Positions 1 through 9,867 of a stretch of 64,000 nt of DNA are shown one piece after another (positions within the stretch are counted from its first letter, which is position 1; every line of letters starts with the position of its first letter). A program made the position numbers and the translations under genes. The notes beneath the pieces are model-generated. The model was not told the DNA's origin, did not search any database, and saw only the letters and a list, made by a program, of their open reading frames with translations. This DNA comes from Abditibacteriaceae bacterium (GTDB lineage: Bacteria > Armatimonadota > Abditibacteriia > Abditibacteriales > Abditibacteriaceae), in the NCBI GenBank assembly GCA_031425655.1, contig JANPJS010000306.1, positions 1-64,000 on the forward strand. Direction: 5' to 3'.

Positions 1-52
1 GGGGCTTGGGGGTCGCCGTTCCTCTCGTGTTGACAACCGCACGGTAACAAAC

Positions 53-82
53 AACGCGGCGAATGAAATCATTCGCCGCGTT
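53..82. terminator. Hairpin downstream of the 96..674 gene
   Basis: aacgcggcgaatga / tcattcgccgcgtt inverted repeat just past the stop codon. Confidence 0.6.
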
Positions 83-95
83 TCGAGGTTTGGGT

Positions 96-674
96 TTAGC
101 TGACGGCTTTGCCGGTCGCGCCGTCGTGCGTAATCGGACGCAGTTTGGTCGGCTCGTATTCGCTATCGGTGCAGAGGAAAATCTGGTCAACCCGGACGCC
201 GGTTTCGCGGTTTTTCACGATGATGGTGTTGAGGCCGGCTTTGAGGTCAACGCGCGTGCGCGAACCGACCCAGTGCCATTTGCCGTAACTGCCGTCCTCG
301 CCGAGCATTCGCTCCTGTCCGTTGACCGAAACGCCAATCGAGTTGCCGCAGCCGTTTTCCCAAAAAGTGCGCGCGAAAACGTAATAAGTGCCGGCTTTGG
401 CCAAGTTGACTTTCAAGGTCGCTTGTCCCTGGCCTTTGGTTTCGTTCTTGTCCCACGGAATGCTGACGAAGCCCTTGCCCGAATAATCTTTGCTGGAGCC
501 GAGCATTACTTTCTTGAGAACGGGCTGAACATCGGTGCCGGTTTCGGCTTCGACGCAGATTTTGCTGTTTTCCGCGTGCGCAACTGTGGAAATGAGCGCA
601 ACGCTTGCTGCCAATAGGCCAAAATGTGATTTTTTCATGAGTTTTCCTCCGAGATTTTCGTGGTTTTCAGACAT
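96..674 (-). CDS. Secreted beta-sandwich protein, CBM6/35-like (start may be 638, MKKSH)
   Basis: Signal peptide ending AHA; 'vEAE', 'AGTYYVFAR' and 'LKAGLNTI...GVRVDQI' pattern of CBM-like jelly rolls. Confidence 0.6.
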   Translation of the reverse strand: MSENHENLGGKLMKKSHFGLLAASVALISTVAHAENSKICVEAETGTDVQPVLKKVMLGSSKDYSGKGFVSIPWDKNETKGQGQATLKVNLAKAGTYYVFARTFWENGCGNSIGVSVNGQERMLGEDGSYGKWHWVGSRTRVDLKAGLNTIIVKNRETGVRVDQIFLCTDSEYEPTKLRPITHDGATGKAVS

Positions 675-2139
675 CCGCGTTCGCCGCGTGTTGCGCTTCG
701 CCGTCGAGTAAAGCGATCACGGCGAGGCTGAAAACGAATGCCAAAACCAAACCGGTGCCGCGGACGAACATCGCATGAAACAAGTTCACCAGAGCCACCG
801 AAAACAGCGCAGCCAACACGCCGGACGGCAGCCAATCGTGGGCGTTGCGTTGGCGCGCGTGCCACGCGAGGCCCGCGAAATGCGCCATCATCCACACGAT
901 AGCGCCCAATCCCAGAGCGCCCAGCGAAACTGCTTGCACCAGATACAAATTGTTGGAATCGGGCGGCATTTTTTCTTCGTTGGGCAGCGAATCGTAATAC
1001 GGCCCGATGTTGCCTTGATAATTGCCCGGCCCGACGCCGGTGCCGAACGCTTTGAGGCGTTCGCCGCTTTCGCTATCCGCCACGCGGCGCGGACTGGCCC
1101 AGCCAAACGCGGCATACCACTCGATATATTGCTTTTTCACTTCGGGCTTATCGCCCGGCTTTGGCGCCTTCGCGCCCGCATCATAAGCGGCTAATACTTC
1201 GTGATTTCCAAAAGGCGTCAGAAAATCACGGCGCAAAAGCTGCGATGTGCCGGGAAGACTCCATGCGACAAGAGAAACTACAAGCGCGATGGCTGCGACA
1301 ATCGCGCCGCGCGAGGTTTGCTTTTGCAGCAAAGCCGCTAAGGCGATGCCGATGAGAATCGCCAGCGTTGCCCACAACGAAACCGTCGTCAACAAAGCCA
1401 AAGCCAACGCCGCGAGAGTTGCGATAAGCGGCGGCAAAGGCTTGTTCCAAGTGTGCAGAATGTTGGCGACTGAAAGCGGCAAAGCCAGCGCGAGAAACGC
1501 CGCGTAAGCGTTCGGCGTGCCGAAAAGCGCGTTCGGCGCCGGAGTTTCGTGGCCGCTCAGCATTTCCACGAAGGCAATAACTGCGCTCAGCACGACGGCG
1601 CCGGAAAAAGCGTGCAGCGCCATTTTGCGCCGCGAAATCAGCACGCCGGTGCGCCAATCGTGCATCAGATTCACGAAAAGCAGCGGCGCGATCACGAAAT
1701 AAGCCGAGAATTGCACGATTTCGGCGACGGCTTCTTTCGATTCTTTTTCTTTGATCAGCGCCTTGATTAACGCTTTGAGGCCGCCTTCCTCCATTTTCAG
1801 GGCTAAGGCGTTGATAATCGTCGGCGAGTGCAGCGCCGCGATAATCATGGCGATAATCAGCGCCCAGCAGGCCAAAGGCGGCCACCAAACGCGATTCCAG
1901 GCGCGCAAAGCCGTGGTGCGAAGGCAAAACCAGACGAAAGTGCCGAGCAGCAAAACGTCGGAAACCGCGATGAAAAGCTGCTTGGTTGCGAAGCCCTGTC
2001 CCGTTTTTAGCGTGTTGATGCCGAGTTCGAGAATGTTCAACTGCGCGCACATCGCCAAAATCAGCACCGCTAACAAAATGGTGTCAAATTTGGCGGCGGG
2101 ACTTTGCGGCGCGCGAGTTTGGTTTGTCGTGTCGCTCAT
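667..2139 (-). CDS. O-antigen ligase (Wzy_C)-like membrane protein
   Basis: Many TM segments; 'FGTPNAYAAFL', 'GTGVGPGNY', 'NNLYLVQAVSLGALGL'. Confidence 0.7.
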   Translation of the reverse strand: MSDTTNQTRAPQSPAAKFDTILLAVLILAMCAQLNILELGINTLKTGQGFATKQLFIAVSDVLLLGTFVWFCLRTTALRAWNRVWWPPLACWALIIAMIIAALHSPTIINALALKMEEGGLKALIKALIKEKESKEAVAEIVQFSAYFVIAPLLFVNLMHDWRTGVLISRRKMALHAFSGAVVLSAVIAFVEMLSGHETPAPNALFGTPNAYAAFLALALPLSVANILHTWNKPLPPLIATLAALALALLTTVSLWATLAILIGIALAALLQKQTSRGAIVAAIALVVSLVAWSLPGTSQLLRRDFLTPFGNHEVLAAYDAGAKAPKPGDKPEVKKQYIEWYAAFGWASPRRVADSESGERLKAFGTGVGPGNYQGNIGPYYDSLPNEEKMPPDSNNLYLVQAVSLGALGLGAIVWMMAHFAGLAWHARQRNAHDWLPSGVLAALFSVALVNLFHAMFVRGTGLVLAFVFSLAVIALLDGEAQHAANADV

Positions 2140-2861
2140 TCGTCGTCCTCCACAACCGGCATCGTTTTATAGCGCATGGCTAACGCCAGCAGCAGCGCGG
2201 GCAAAATCAGCAGGGCCACACGCCGCGTTTTGGTGTTAGCCGCGACTGCCGCGCAGCACAGCGCAAGCGCGCCGAATTCGACGATTTGCGTCATCAAAAA
2301 CAGCAATGCCGTCGGGTCAACCGTTTCCGTTGCGCCAACCTTATAAAACAAACCTAAAAAGCGATAGCTGACCCAACCGAATAAAGCGATCAGCGACAAC
2401 GCGAAAATCGCGGCGCGCGTCCAGCCGCTGAAACTCTTGAGCCACGCCGGGGCGCCGATCAGCGCGCCGGCCAACACCGCGTAAGCCGCCAAACCCAATT
2501 TCACTTCGCCGCCGACCGCAAAAGCGTTTTCGGGCACGACGCGGCGCGCGAGGCCATAAATTACGAAGAACGCGGCGCAAAGCGCGAACGAAGCGGCATC
2601 GCGGTCTTCGCGCACGCGGCGCAAAAACGGCGCGTAAGCGAACAGCGCGGCCATCAGTGCTAAGGCCGCCATCGTGACGGTATCGGCGAGGCCGGGTTTG
2701 CCGGCACTCGAAAACGCCAAAGCGCACACGCCAAGCAGCGATAAGAGCGGCACGGCGCCGGCCCACAGCGGCGCTTCAGAAGCGGGTTTGATGGTATCGG
2801 TGGCAACGGGCGGCGCGCCGGGCGGCGGCGCCGAAGCCGGATATTGAAGAGTCTCAGGCAT
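2136..2861 (-). CDS. Hypothetical integral membrane protein
   Basis: About 7 hydrophobic segments; ATGA overlap with the downstream gene. Confidence 0.7.
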   Translation of the reverse strand: MPETLQYPASAPPPGAPPVATDTIKPASEAPLWAGAVPLLSLLGVCALAFSSAGKPGLADTVTMAALALMAALFAYAPFLRRVREDRDAASFALCAAFFVIYGLARRVVPENAFAVGGEVKLGLAAYAVLAGALIGAPAWLKSFSGWTRAAIFALSLIALFGWVSYRFLGLFYKVGATETVDPTALLFLMTQIVEFGALALCCAAVAANTKTRRVALLILPALLLALAMRYKTMPVVEDDE

Positions 2862-2915
2862 AGTTCGGGCAAGTTAGAACCGCGCGCGGCGAAGCGGTTG
2901 CTTGAAGCGTGTCAT

Positions 2916-3135
2916 AGAAGCTGTCTGAGAATTCATGACAACCTAATACCGAAGACTTTTCAATGGGACGCGGAGCTTCGCTACGCGGACGTTGTGCGCT
3001 GATTTTCGCTGATTTTTTCGGTAAAACCGCGCCTTCAAAGCTGTTTCGGGCGCCCTCTGGGCAGGAAAGCGAAGCTCCGCGTCCCATTGAAAAGTGGCTC
3101 AACTCACGATTAATGGCTATTCTCAGACAGTTTTT
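2916..3135. mobile_element. MITE-like nested palindromic element
   Basis: Outer IR ctgtctgagaat (2921-2932 / 3119-3130); inner perfect 28-bp IR (2955-2982 / 3068-3095). Confidence 0.65.
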
Positions 3136-3162
3136 TAGCAGAGGGAGGCTCAGGAGCATTAA

Positions 3163-3200
3163 GCTCAAGTGCCGGGCTTTGAAAAACCCGGCACTTGAGC
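3163..3200. terminator. Hairpin terminator after the 3208..5025 gene
   Basis: gctcaagtgccggg / cccggcacttgagc 14-bp stem. Confidence 0.65.
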
Positions 3201-3207
3201 CGGAATT

Positions 3208-5025
3208 TTACCCGGCGATTTGCCAACTTCCCATCTTCTGCCAGCCAGTGCGGGCGCCGGAAAGGTCAATCGCATAAAGCCACAAGTCATGGGATGTAAA
3301 TGCCCATTGTTTCGTCGGTTTCAGGCTCCAGTTCACGGTGAGAGTGTCACCGCTCATGCTAACGCTGGTAGAAGCGCAATCGAGACTGCCCTGCGCGTTG
3401 GAAATCACGTTCTGCGAGCCGGGCGCGAAGCCGCCTAAATACGAAGTCCCGGCGTCGTCCAGCAGATAAAGCTTATTTTGCTGCGCGTTGTAATAACCAC
3501 GCAGCGCGTCGGGCGGGCTTTGCGGATTGCCGGCGTGCAATAGCACATAGCGAATGTTTTCGGCGCCTTTTAAATCGCTGTGCGCGCTGGTGACGGCGTA
3601 ATCGTCGCCTGCTCCGCTGACGCCGTTGGCCGGCGACAAACTAAGGTTTTGCGGCGGCACGCTAATCGTCCAGGTGCCCAGCGATTTCCAGCCGACCGTC
3701 AGGCCCATCAAGTCGCGCGCGAAGCCGTAAATCCTATGCGGAGAACCGGCCCAACCCGGCGCAGCACTTACGTTCCAGCGCACGCGAATGCCGGAAGCGA
3801 TGTTCTCGACTTGCGTGGCGGCGCAGTTCAGTTGCCCGCGACCGTTGCTGATAATGTTCGCCGAACCCGGCGCGAAGCCGCCCAGCCATTGCGTGTTGGC
3901 GGCATTGCGCAGATAAAGTTTGCGCGCCGGCACGCTGTAAAGGCATTGCAATCCGATTTTGGCGTTGCCGGCTTCCCAATAAACGTATTGCAAATCGTTG
4001 TTGACATCGGTGTAAGGCACCGCGAATTCGCGCGGCGTGTTCACGGCATCCGTCGCGGTTTGAGGCGTCATGGCACCGATTTGCGGAGCGCGTGCGCCGA
4101 TGGTGAACGTCACGTCGTTGTTCGCGTTGGTGTCGTGATTGCCCTGCGCATCGTAATCTTCGGTCGCCAGCACGCCTTTCCAGTAGCCGCCGAGGGGAGT
4201 CGAGCTGTAGTTGTTGTGAAACGTTTCTTCGGTCAGAACAAAGCGGCATTTATAAACTCCGGCAGGCAGCACGACCGGATTCGGGCGGCCCGCTTCATAT
4301 TCGTAAAACAACTCGACGCTGCCGTTGGGTGCCGTCGAGCCGTAACCATAAAACCCGCTTGTTTGAACGCCGCCCTGCACGGAAAAAGTGCCGAAAGCCA
4401 CGTCCTGAATGCCCCCCTGCCACGAGGCCCATGTGATATGGTAAGCGATTTCACCACTAATAGCGGCGTTCACGTTGCCGAAGCGGTCGCTGACGACATC
4501 GCCCATGAATTGGTAGCCATAAATATCGTGTTCGGTGCCGGGCGCGGCGTTTTTGTAGAAATCCACGTAATGCGAATCGTCGAAGTTGGTTTGCGTGGCG
4601 TGCGATGAATCGCACCACCAGCGCCCGGCATATCCGATGCGCTCGTTGGAAAGGTCGTTGCCCATCGCGCCCCAGCCGCGCGTGCCGCGCTGTGGTTTGC
4701 CGATGAGTTTCAATTGATAAGCGAAGTTCGGTTTCAGCCCGCTGGCCTGAACTCGACCGACGAAATACGGCGCGCCCGGCGCGCGGTCGAAAGTGAGATT
4801 CACGTTCGCGTTGGCATAGGAAAATTGGCCGTTAGGCGCGCCGTTGGTGATCCAGGCGTCGAAAGGATTGTTGTCTATATCCCAAAATCGCTCGCGCGCG
4901 GCGGGCCACGGGTCGTTCATCGGCGCCATCGTCACGGTTTTAGGCAGTCGAATCGTGGTAGCGGCGGAAACGGGAAAAGCGAGTGCGCTGACGAGCGCGA
5001 CGGAAACGGCAAGAGTAAATTTCAT
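3208..5025 (-). CDS. Secreted protein: unrecognised N-terminal domain plus two ~125-aa beta-rich repeats (paralog of 15951..17237)
   Basis: Signal peptide MKFTLAVSVAL...VSA; repeated 'KLYL...LGGFAPGS.N.ISN..G.L.C' units; start chosen at the ATG at 5025. Confidence 0.75.
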   Translation of the reverse strand: MKFTLAVSVALVSALAFPVSAATTIRLPKTVTMAPMNDPWPAARERFWDIDNNPFDAWITNGAPNGQFSYANANVNLTFDRAPGAPYFVGRVQASGLKPNFAYQLKLIGKPQRGTRGWGAMGNDLSNERIGYAGRWWCDSSHATQTNFDDSHYVDFYKNAAPGTEHDIYGYQFMGDVVSDRFGNVNAAISGEIAYHITWASWQGGIQDVAFGTFSVQGGVQTSGFYGYGSTAPNGSVELFYEYEAGRPNPVVLPAGVYKCRFVLTEETFHNNYSSTPLGGYWKGVLATEDYDAQGNHDTNANNDVTFTIGARAPQIGAMTPQTATDAVNTPREFAVPYTDVNNDLQYVYWEAGNAKIGLQCLYSVPARKLYLRNAANTQWLGGFAPGSANIISNGRGQLNCAATQVENIASGIRVRWNVSAAPGWAGSPHRIYGFARDLMGLTVGWKSLGTWTISVPPQNLSLSPANGVSGAGDDYAVTSAHSDLKGAENIRYVLLHAGNPQSPPDALRGYYNAQQNKLYLLDDAGTSYLGGFAPGSQNVISNAQGSLDCASTSVSMSGDTLTVNWSLKPTKQWAFTSHDLWLYAIDLSGARTGWQKMGSWQIAG

Positions 5026-5283
5026 AAGCAACGTCGGACTCACCGACGATTGCAGTTTGACATTATGCGCCGGGCCGCGTTTTGATATGAAATATTTCAT
5101 AGAATCTAAACATGGGTGATTAAAACGACTTTTCGAAAACAACCGACTTGGTTTTTCAAACACAACATCACGCCGCTGTCGCCGGTCAGCGATTTCGCGC
5201 GCTTGGAAGAAACCGGCAAAGCGCAAAAGAAATTTTTCGCGCCAGGCTCATCCGCGCAAAAATAAAAAAACTCCTCTCTTCCC

Positions 5284-6261
5284 ATGAACTTGGATTTATT
5301 GCTGTCCAACCTCCTCAACCCGCCGGTCTTGTTTTTTTTCTTAGGCATGGTGGCGGTTTTCGTCGGCTCCGATTTGGACGTGCCGCAGCCGTTGCCCAAG
5401 TTTTTCTCCTTATATTTGCTGCTGTCAATCGGCTTCAAGGGCGGCGTGGAATTGAATCACAGCGGCATCGGCGCGCAAATTTTATGGACGATGGGGGGCG
5501 CCATTTTTATGGCTTTGCTGGTGCCGCTTTATGCCTTTTGGATTTTGCGGCGCAAATTGGACGTTCCCAACGCCGCCGCCATCGCCGCCACTTATGGCTC
5601 GGTCAGCGCCGTCACTTTCATCGCTGCAACCTCGTTTCTCAGCGAACTTGACATTCCTTATGGCGGCCATATGGTCGCCGCCATGGCCTTGATGGAATCG
5701 CCAGCCATTATCGTCGGCGTGGCGCTTTCGCGTTTGGGCGCGGGCGCGCAAGAAGGCGAAAAAGCCCACTTCGATACCAAGGAATTGCTGCGCGATGCCT
5801 TTTTCAACGGCTCGGTTTTAGTGTTGATCGGCAGCCTGATCATTGGGCTTCTTACCGGCGAAGAAGGCAAGAAGGCTTTGAATCCGTTTGTTAGCGATAT
5901 TTTTAAAGGGATGCTTTGCCTTTTCTTGCTGGACATGGGCTTGGTCAGCGCGCGGCGCTTGAACGGCTTGAAAAAATTAGGCACCTTTCCCATCGGCTTT
6001 TCCATGGCATTGCCGTTGTTCAACGCCGTGCTTGGGCTTTTGGTAGCGAATTGGCTCGGTTTGGGCAAAGGCGATGCTCTGCTGTTTTGCGTTTTGAGCG
6101 CCAGCGCCTCATATATTGCCGTTCCCGCCGCCATGCGCTTGGCCATTCCCAAAGCCAATCCCGGCATTTATGTGACGATGGCGCTGGCCCTGACTTTTCC
6201 GTTTAATGTCTTGCTGGGCTTGCCGATTTACTTGAGCATTATTAACCGTTTCTGGAGCTAA
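5284..6261 (+). CDS. sbtA: Sodium-dependent bicarbonate transporter SbtA family
   Basis: 'P.VLFFFLG', 'YLLLSIGFKGG', 'YGSVSAVTF', 'ASASYIAVPAA', 'TFPFN' motifs. Confidence 0.92.
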   Translation: MNLDLLLSNLLNPPVLFFFLGMVAVFVGSDLDVPQPLPKFFSLYLLLSIGFKGGVELNHSGIGAQILWTMGGAIFMALLVPLYAFWILRRKLDVPNAAAIAATYGSVSAVTFIAATSFLSELDIPYGGHMVAAMALMESPAIIVGVALSRLGAGAQEGEKAHFDTKELLRDAFFNGSVLVLIGSLIIGLLTGEEGKKALNPFVSDIFKGMLCLFLLDMGLVSARRLNGLKKLGTFPIGFSMALPLFNAVLGLLVANWLGLGKGDALLFCVLSASASYIAVPAAMRLAIPKANPGIYVTMALALTFPFNVLLGLPIYLSIINRFWS

Positions 6262-6274
6262 GCGAAGGAGTAGC

Positions 6275-6568
6275 GTGCAAAACGTCAAAAAACTGGAAAT
6301 CATCACTGACACGCTGGAAATGAAGGAAGTCTGCGCCGTCTTGGAAGCGCAGGGCGTGAGCGGCTATTCAATTGTGCGTGACGTGGTAGGGAAAGGCGAG
6401 CGGGGGTGGCAATCGGGCGATGAACTGACCGATGTTTTCAAAAATAGCTATCTCTTAACCACTTGCGATGCCAGTGAGGTGGAGCGCCTAATCGAAGCCG
6501 TGCGGCCTATACTGAAAAAGCGCGGCGGCATTTGTTTGGTTTCCGATGCGCAGTGGGTTATTCATTAG
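6275..6568 (+). CDS. sbtB: P-II-like regulator SbtB
   Basis: 'KKLEII...GVSGYSI...V.GKG.RG...GGIC.VSD'; adjacent to sbtA. Confidence 0.85.
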   Translation: MQNVKKLEIITDTLEMKEVCAVLEAQGVSGYSIVRDVVGKGERGWQSGDELTDVFKNSYLLTTCDASEVERLIEAVRPILKKRGGICLVSDAQWVIH

Positions 6569-6587
6569 TTTTTAATTCAAATTTTCA

Positions 6588-7226
6588 ATGCATCGTATCA
6601 AAAGACTTCTTGACAACAATCGTGCATGGGCGGCTCGCGTCGAGCAGGAACAGCCCGGCTTCTTTCACACACTGGCTGCCCAACAATCGCCGGATTTTTT
6701 GTGGATTGGCTGCTCCGATTCGCGCGTCCCGGCCAATGAAATCGTCGGCTTGCGCTCTGGCGAGGTCTTCGTGCATCGCAATGTCTCCAACGTCGTAGTG
6801 CATAGCGACTTGAATTGTTTATCGGTCATTCAATACGCCGTTGAAGTGCTGCGTGTTGAGCATATTATCGTTTGCGGACATTACGGCTGCGGCGGCGTGC
6901 GAGCGGCCACCGAAGACACCGAACACGGCCTGATTGACAACTGGTTGCGCCACATTTCGGACGTGCAGCGCAAGCATGAAACCGCGCTTAGCGCCATCGT
7001 TGATGCCGAAAAGCGCCTCGACCGATTGTGCGAAGTGAACGTGATTGAGCAAGTTTTCAACGTCTGCCAGACCACAGTTGTGCAAAGCGCATGGCGGCGC
7101 GGTCAGCCGCTCTCGGTGCACGGCTGGATTTACGATTTGCACGACGGTCTCATCCGCGATCTCAAAGTGTCCATCAGCGGATTGAGCGAAATCACGCCGG
7201 TTTACCGCGCGGCTGTCGAAAATTGA
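6588..7226 (+). CDS. can: Beta-class carbonic anhydrase
   Basis: 'GCSDSRVP', 'FVHRNVSN', 'GHYGCGGV' zinc-ligand motifs. Confidence 0.95.
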   Translation: MHRIKRLLDNNRAWAARVEQEQPGFFHTLAAQQSPDFLWIGCSDSRVPANEIVGLRSGEVFVHRNVSNVVVHSDLNCLSVIQYAVEVLRVEHIIVCGHYGCGGVRAATEDTEHGLIDNWLRHISDVQRKHETALSAIVDAEKRLDRLCEVNVIEQVFNVCQTTVVQSAWRRGQPLSVHGWIYDLHDGLIRDLKVSISGLSEITPVYRAAVEN

Positions 7227-7254
7227 TGAGCCATCACCAGAACCGAGCCGCCCG

Positions 7255-8763
7255 ATGAAACCACAGCGCACCTTCTGGCTGGTCGGCTTGGTGATCTTGG
7301 CAGCGGTTTTTCTGCGCTATTGGCCGTATCTTTTTAGCGGTTTCTGGGAAGACGACTTCGTCTTTTTGAAACAAGTGCCGCCGTTTCATCCGCGCGACCT
7401 GCCGGATTTTTTTAGTCCGTTGCGCGGTTGGTTTTACCGCCCGGTTTTTCTGGTTTATTTTTCGCTGATTTTGCGTGTTTTCGGCGCCGATCCGGTCGCT
7501 TTTCATGCCGCAAGTCTGGTTTTGCACGCGCTGAATCTCACCTTGCTGGCCTTCTTGATGCGCCGATTGGCGGGCAACAGTCGCAGCGTCAATTTCGCCA
7601 TCGTTTGTGCGCTGATCGGATTGCTCTTTTATCCCGGAATCGCGCCGACGGGCACGGGCTTTGGCGAACGCGGCATTTCCGCCGTCATTTGGATTTCTTC
7701 GGCCAGCACGCTGCTGGCGACGCTGTTTTCGCTGCTTTGCCTGCATCTCTGGCTGTCTTTTCAGCGGCACGGCGAGCGGCGTTTTTACCTTGCGGCGTGG
7801 GTTGCGTTTTTTGCAGCCTTGCTTTCCAAAGAAGATGCCGCCGCTTTGCCTTTGGCGCTTTTAAGCCTTGATTTGGCCTTCGGGCCGCCGAAAAAATGGG
7901 CCGCACGCGCTAAAGAATACGCGCCATTTGGCGTGGCGTTTTTGCTTTTTGCCATTCTCGACATCGTGGCTTACAAGCAATTTCAAGTGTTCGGCAGCGG
8001 CGAATTGGCGGGGCCGCTCAACTATGCGCGCTATCGGCTGGCATTGCAGTTTCTTGACGGTGTTTTGTTGAATATCTGGCCGCGCGCTGTGGTGTGGATC
8101 ATCGTTGGCGCAGCGGCGATCTTCGTCTGGGCGTGGCGTTACGACCGCAGTGTTGCGTTCTTTTGGGCTTGGTTATGCGCGTCGGCTTTTCCCTGTCCGC
8201 TGATGTCCGGGCCGCACGCTCTCGCCGCGAGGTTTTATTACTTGCCGGCTTTTGCCGCCGTCGCCGCGTTGGCGCTGTTGCTGCGAAATGTGGCGAACAA
8301 TGACGAAAAATACGCCCAGTTCGGGCGTTGTTTGCTACCGTTGACGCTTTTGGCCGGTTTCATCGCTTTGCCTATTGGCAAACACTATTTCGATCAAATT
8401 GCAGACCCCGCGCTCGTCTGGTTCTGCATTGCCGTTTTGATCGGGATGGCGTGGCTTTTCTGGCGCAGCGGACGTTGGCCGGGCGCGTTATTAGTGGCAC
8501 TGATTATCAGTTGCGTGGGTTCGCAGTGCGAAATTTACGGCTCCGACACCCTTAACTGGCCGCTGCTTTGCCTGTTTTTGGCAGCCGTTGCGTTGCGCGG
8601 CAGGCGCGGCGCGCCCGAAGCTTGGCTGGCGCTGGCGCTGGCGTGGTCGCAGCCGGTGCTTTACTGGTTGACTTTAGCGATGTTGGTAGAATCTCACCGA
8701 GCCGTTGGCGGCGCTTTAATGCGCAAAATGCAGCTCTTACCGGCCCCAGGGCAATCGCATTAG
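7255..8763 (+). CDS. GT-C fold membrane glycosyltransferase-like protein
   Basis: 'EDDF', 'FYRP', 'LH.LN', 'LLSKE', 'RFYYLP' with many TM helices; last codons lie inside a MITE end. Confidence 0.7.
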   Translation: MKPQRTFWLVGLVILAAVFLRYWPYLFSGFWEDDFVFLKQVPPFHPRDLPDFFSPLRGWFYRPVFLVYFSLILRVFGADPVAFHAASLVLHALNLTLLAFLMRRLAGNSRSVNFAIVCALIGLLFYPGIAPTGTGFGERGISAVIWISSASTLLATLFSLLCLHLWLSFQRHGERRFYLAAWVAFFAALLSKEDAAALPLALLSLDLAFGPPKKWAARAKEYAPFGVAFLLFAILDIVAYKQFQVFGSGELAGPLNYARYRLALQFLDGVLLNIWPRAVVWIIVGAAAIFVWAWRYDRSVAFFWAWLCASAFPCPLMSGPHALAARFYYLPAFAAVAALALLLRNVANNDEKYAQFGRCLLPLTLLAGFIALPIGKHYFDQIADPALVWFCIAVLIGMAWLFWRSGRWPGALLVALIISCVGSQCEIYGSDTLNWPLLCLFLAAVALRGRRGAPEAWLALALAWSQPVLYWLTLAMLVESHRAVGGALMRKMQLLPAPGQSH

Positions 8764-8944
8764 AATTTTTCGGTGTTTTACGAACTTGCCGGGCGAATAA
8801 ATTCGCGGCAATCCTGCCCAGAGGGCGCCCGCGGCGAAGTCCACCTTCGTGGACTAAAAACTAAGATTTTAGTCGCCGTAGGGCGACTTTGCCGCGTTGT
8901 TGCCGCGAATTTTTCGCCCGGCAAGTTCTAATGCGATTGCCCTG
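8747..8944. mobile_element. MITE with CAGGG-type (ISAs1-like) terminal IRs and a REP-like core
   Basis: Perfect 19-bp TIR cagggcaatcgcattagaa; flanking 9-bp near-duplication taccggccc / tatcggccc. Confidence 0.75.
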
Positions 8945-9000
8945 TATCGGCCCCGGAATGAGCAATTCGGGTTATATTGATAAAGAAAGGTGTCGAAGCT

Positions 9001-9612
9001 ATGAATCTCCCCGACGTGCCCAGCAATGGAAAATTTCGCATCCTCGTGGTTGAGGACGATGCTAATATCGCGCGGCTGATTTTGCTGAACTTAGCCAAAG
9101 CCAACATGGAATGCCTGCACGCCTCGGATGGGCTGTTGGGTTTGGCGCGTTTCAAGGAAGCCGATCCGCACCTGATCATCACCGATATTATGATGCCGAA
9201 CATGAACGGCATGGATATGTGCGCCAAGATTCGTGAGCATTCTTCGGTGCCGATCATTATGATGACCGCCGCCGATTCCGAAGAACGCGAAATGCAGGGC
9301 TTCAAGTCGGGCGCCGACGATTATGTGCCCAAGCCTTTCAATCCGAAATTGTTGCTGGCGCGCGTTTTGGCCAACCTGCGCCGCGTTTATCGCTACGATG
9401 CGTCCGCGCAGGCAACGCCGACGGCTTCGGTTACGGCGGCTGCCGAACCTGTTGAAATGGCTCCGCCCAGCACGCGCGGCGACTGGGTAACCTGCGATAG
9501 CTGCGGTTACATCGGCCCGCGCGCGAAATTTCAGCAAACCGATTCCACCGGCAAAGTTTCGATGACCTGCCCGGTTTGCAAGCAGAATCGGATTTCCTTT
9601 CCCATTGAGTGA
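9001..9612 (+). CDS. Response regulator: REC domain plus C-terminal zinc ribbon
   Basis: 'LVVEDD', 'TDIMMP', 'YVPKPF'; C-terminal CDSC...CPVC. Confidence 0.85.
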   Translation: MNLPDVPSNGKFRILVVEDDANIARLILLNLAKANMECLHASDGLLGLARFKEADPHLIITDIMMPNMNGMDMCAKIREHSSVPIIMMTAADSEEREMQGFKSGADDYVPKPFNPKLLLARVLANLRRVYRYDASAQATPTASVTAAAEPVEMAPPSTRGDWVTCDSCGYIGPRAKFQQTDSTGKVSMTCPVCKQNRISFPIE

Positions 9613-9639
9613 AGTGCTGGTGAAACAAAAAAGGGCACC

Positions 9640-9860
9640 CATAGGCATCAAGTTAAGTCATCGCGCGGCATCGCCCCGATTGAAATCGGGGTCTACGATT
9701 ACGAAGTCACCCGCCCAGGGGGCACCCAGTCGCGGACTCGAATTTCAGGCCGCGAAGGCGGACTTCGTAACATTAGCATCCCATTTTAATGGGGTGGGAG
9801 CGGCAAAGTCGCTTTTTGAAGATCGAAGATTACATTTCTTTGCTTAAATTGATGCGTATG
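9640..9860. mobile_element. MITE with IS4-like terminal IRs inserted at a terminator
   Basis: cataggcatcaagttaag ... cttaaattgatgcgtatg; aacaaaaaagggcaccc repeated at 9624-9640 and 9865-9881. Confidence 0.65.
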
Positions 9861-9867
9861 GGAGAAC

